64,000 nucleotides of DNA from the human T2T-CHM13v2.0 reference genome, Homo sapiens. The position numbers and the translations under genes are program-made. Location of the stretch: the NCBI RefSeq assembly GCF_009914755.1, contig NC_060929.1. The stretch is one strand, 5' to 3'. Positions 62,786 to 64,000 of the stretch are shown here, one piece after another (position 1 is the first letter of the stretch; each line of letters opens with the position of its first letter). Below the pieces are notes generated by a model. That model was given only the letters and a program-made list of their open reading frames with translations. It did no database searches and had not been told where the DNA came from.

Positions 62786-63439
62786 ATAGAGTTAACCCTG
62801 TCTACTCATATTCTGCTTAATGGAATGAATCTTCAACCACTTCCCATTTTGTGACATTTGTTCTAAACTGATTAATGTGCTCTATTGACTGAAGCTCAAT
62901 TCCATGTGCAATCTATCTTTGTAAATAGGAAATAATGAGGGTTGCCTGTCTTTCCAATTACAGTATTTTGGACTCACAGGAAAATGAGAAACAAGTCAAT
63001 ACAACTTAGCATCTATTTTCCAGGATTCTTTTTGATACAATACCCCAAAGTGAAACAGAACACCCCTCAAATGTAGAGATAGTTTTCTCTCCTGTGTTTC
63101 CTTTTCCAGTGTCATTAGCCTCCACTAACAACTCTGTAGTTCATGCTTGGGGAAACCATAAGGGCAAAATTAAATGGAAACTCAGGCAACTGAGTGCAAT
63201 AGTACAAACGGCGTAATGAATCCTTAGGGCCATTACACAATTTTCTGTTTTCATAGAAAATTTTAAGTGTCTATGCTTGTGGAGAAGATTTAGTACATAA
63301 AGTGCTAATGCAGAGGGAAGTTAGTGGTAGAGTCAATGTAGGCAAAATGTCTACAAGTACAAACACTCGCAAAAGACTCAAAATCTACATGTGCTGTATC
63401 TGTCTTATAGTGTTCCCTTGTAAACCATTTTTGTGCATG

Positions 63440-64000
63440 TATTTGTTCAACACATATTTAACACCTATTCATGCATTGCACTGTTCTAGGAACTGGGGAA
63501 AGTATGGAGAACAAGGCATGGAGCTTATATTTTAATGAGGGAAAATAAAAAATTTCATAATTTTGCAATATATTTTCAGGTAGTGATCAGTGACTGAAAG
63601 ACAAATATAGCAAGGTAAGTGGCCATTTTTAGATATGATAATTAGGGAAGGCTTTTCTGAGGAGAGGACATTTAAGCAGAGGCTTGAATAAAGTGGAAGA
63701 AGGAACTGAAGATTTCTGGGGAAGAGGGTTCAGGTGGGAAAAGACAGCAGGTGCAAAGGCAGGTAACTGGAGAGTGCTTGGTGCAGATGAGGAACAGGAT
63801 GAAAGGCAATGTGGTTAGTGGGATGACAAGAGGTTGGAGAAGAAGCCAGGGGCCGTATTACATAGGGCTTGGTTGGCTATGACTTTATTCTTTGCATGAG
63901 TGGAAGCTGTTGGAAGTTTCTGAGCAAGGAAAGGAAATCAGCTGATTTATTATTTTAACAACTTATTGGCTTCTACTGATGAATGAAAGGCAGCAGGACA
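63440..64000 (-). mobile_element. L2 3' region
   Basis: TTCAACACATATTTAACACCTA..CACTGTTCTAGGAACTGGGG...GACATTTAAGCAGAGGCTTGAAT...CAGGTGCAAAGGC. Confidence 0.85.

Overview
Human genomic DNA: a consensus-like AluYb8, a human-specific subfamily, is present. The window is AT-rich, and I found no identifiable protein-coding gene. The first ~3 kb may be the 3' UTR of an unidentified + strand gene, but this rests on composition and poly(A) signals only. Most of the rest is nested transposable elements. A full-length Tigger1 is split by a full-length L1PA2/3 that has intact ORF1 and broken ORF2 (13.5-21.9 kb). An old L1MC is split by a full-length L1PA4, itself split by a 2-kb SVA (36-46 kb). A full-length L1PA10/11-like element carries a complete THE1 MaLR, three Alus and a 49-bp micro-L1 (46.8-56.3 kb). 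Older L1M, L2, L3, MIR, MER20, MER103 and LTR relics fill the remainder. The most striking observation concerns the two inverted young L1s (13584-19617 +, 36852-44988 -). They belong to different subfamilies, yet share at least five non-consensus variants, including the same 1-bp frameshift deletion. This points to gene conversion or recurrent inversion of the ~17-kb segment between them. Subfamily calls and consensus comparisons are from memory of the consensus sequences and need RepeatMasker/Dfam confirmation.
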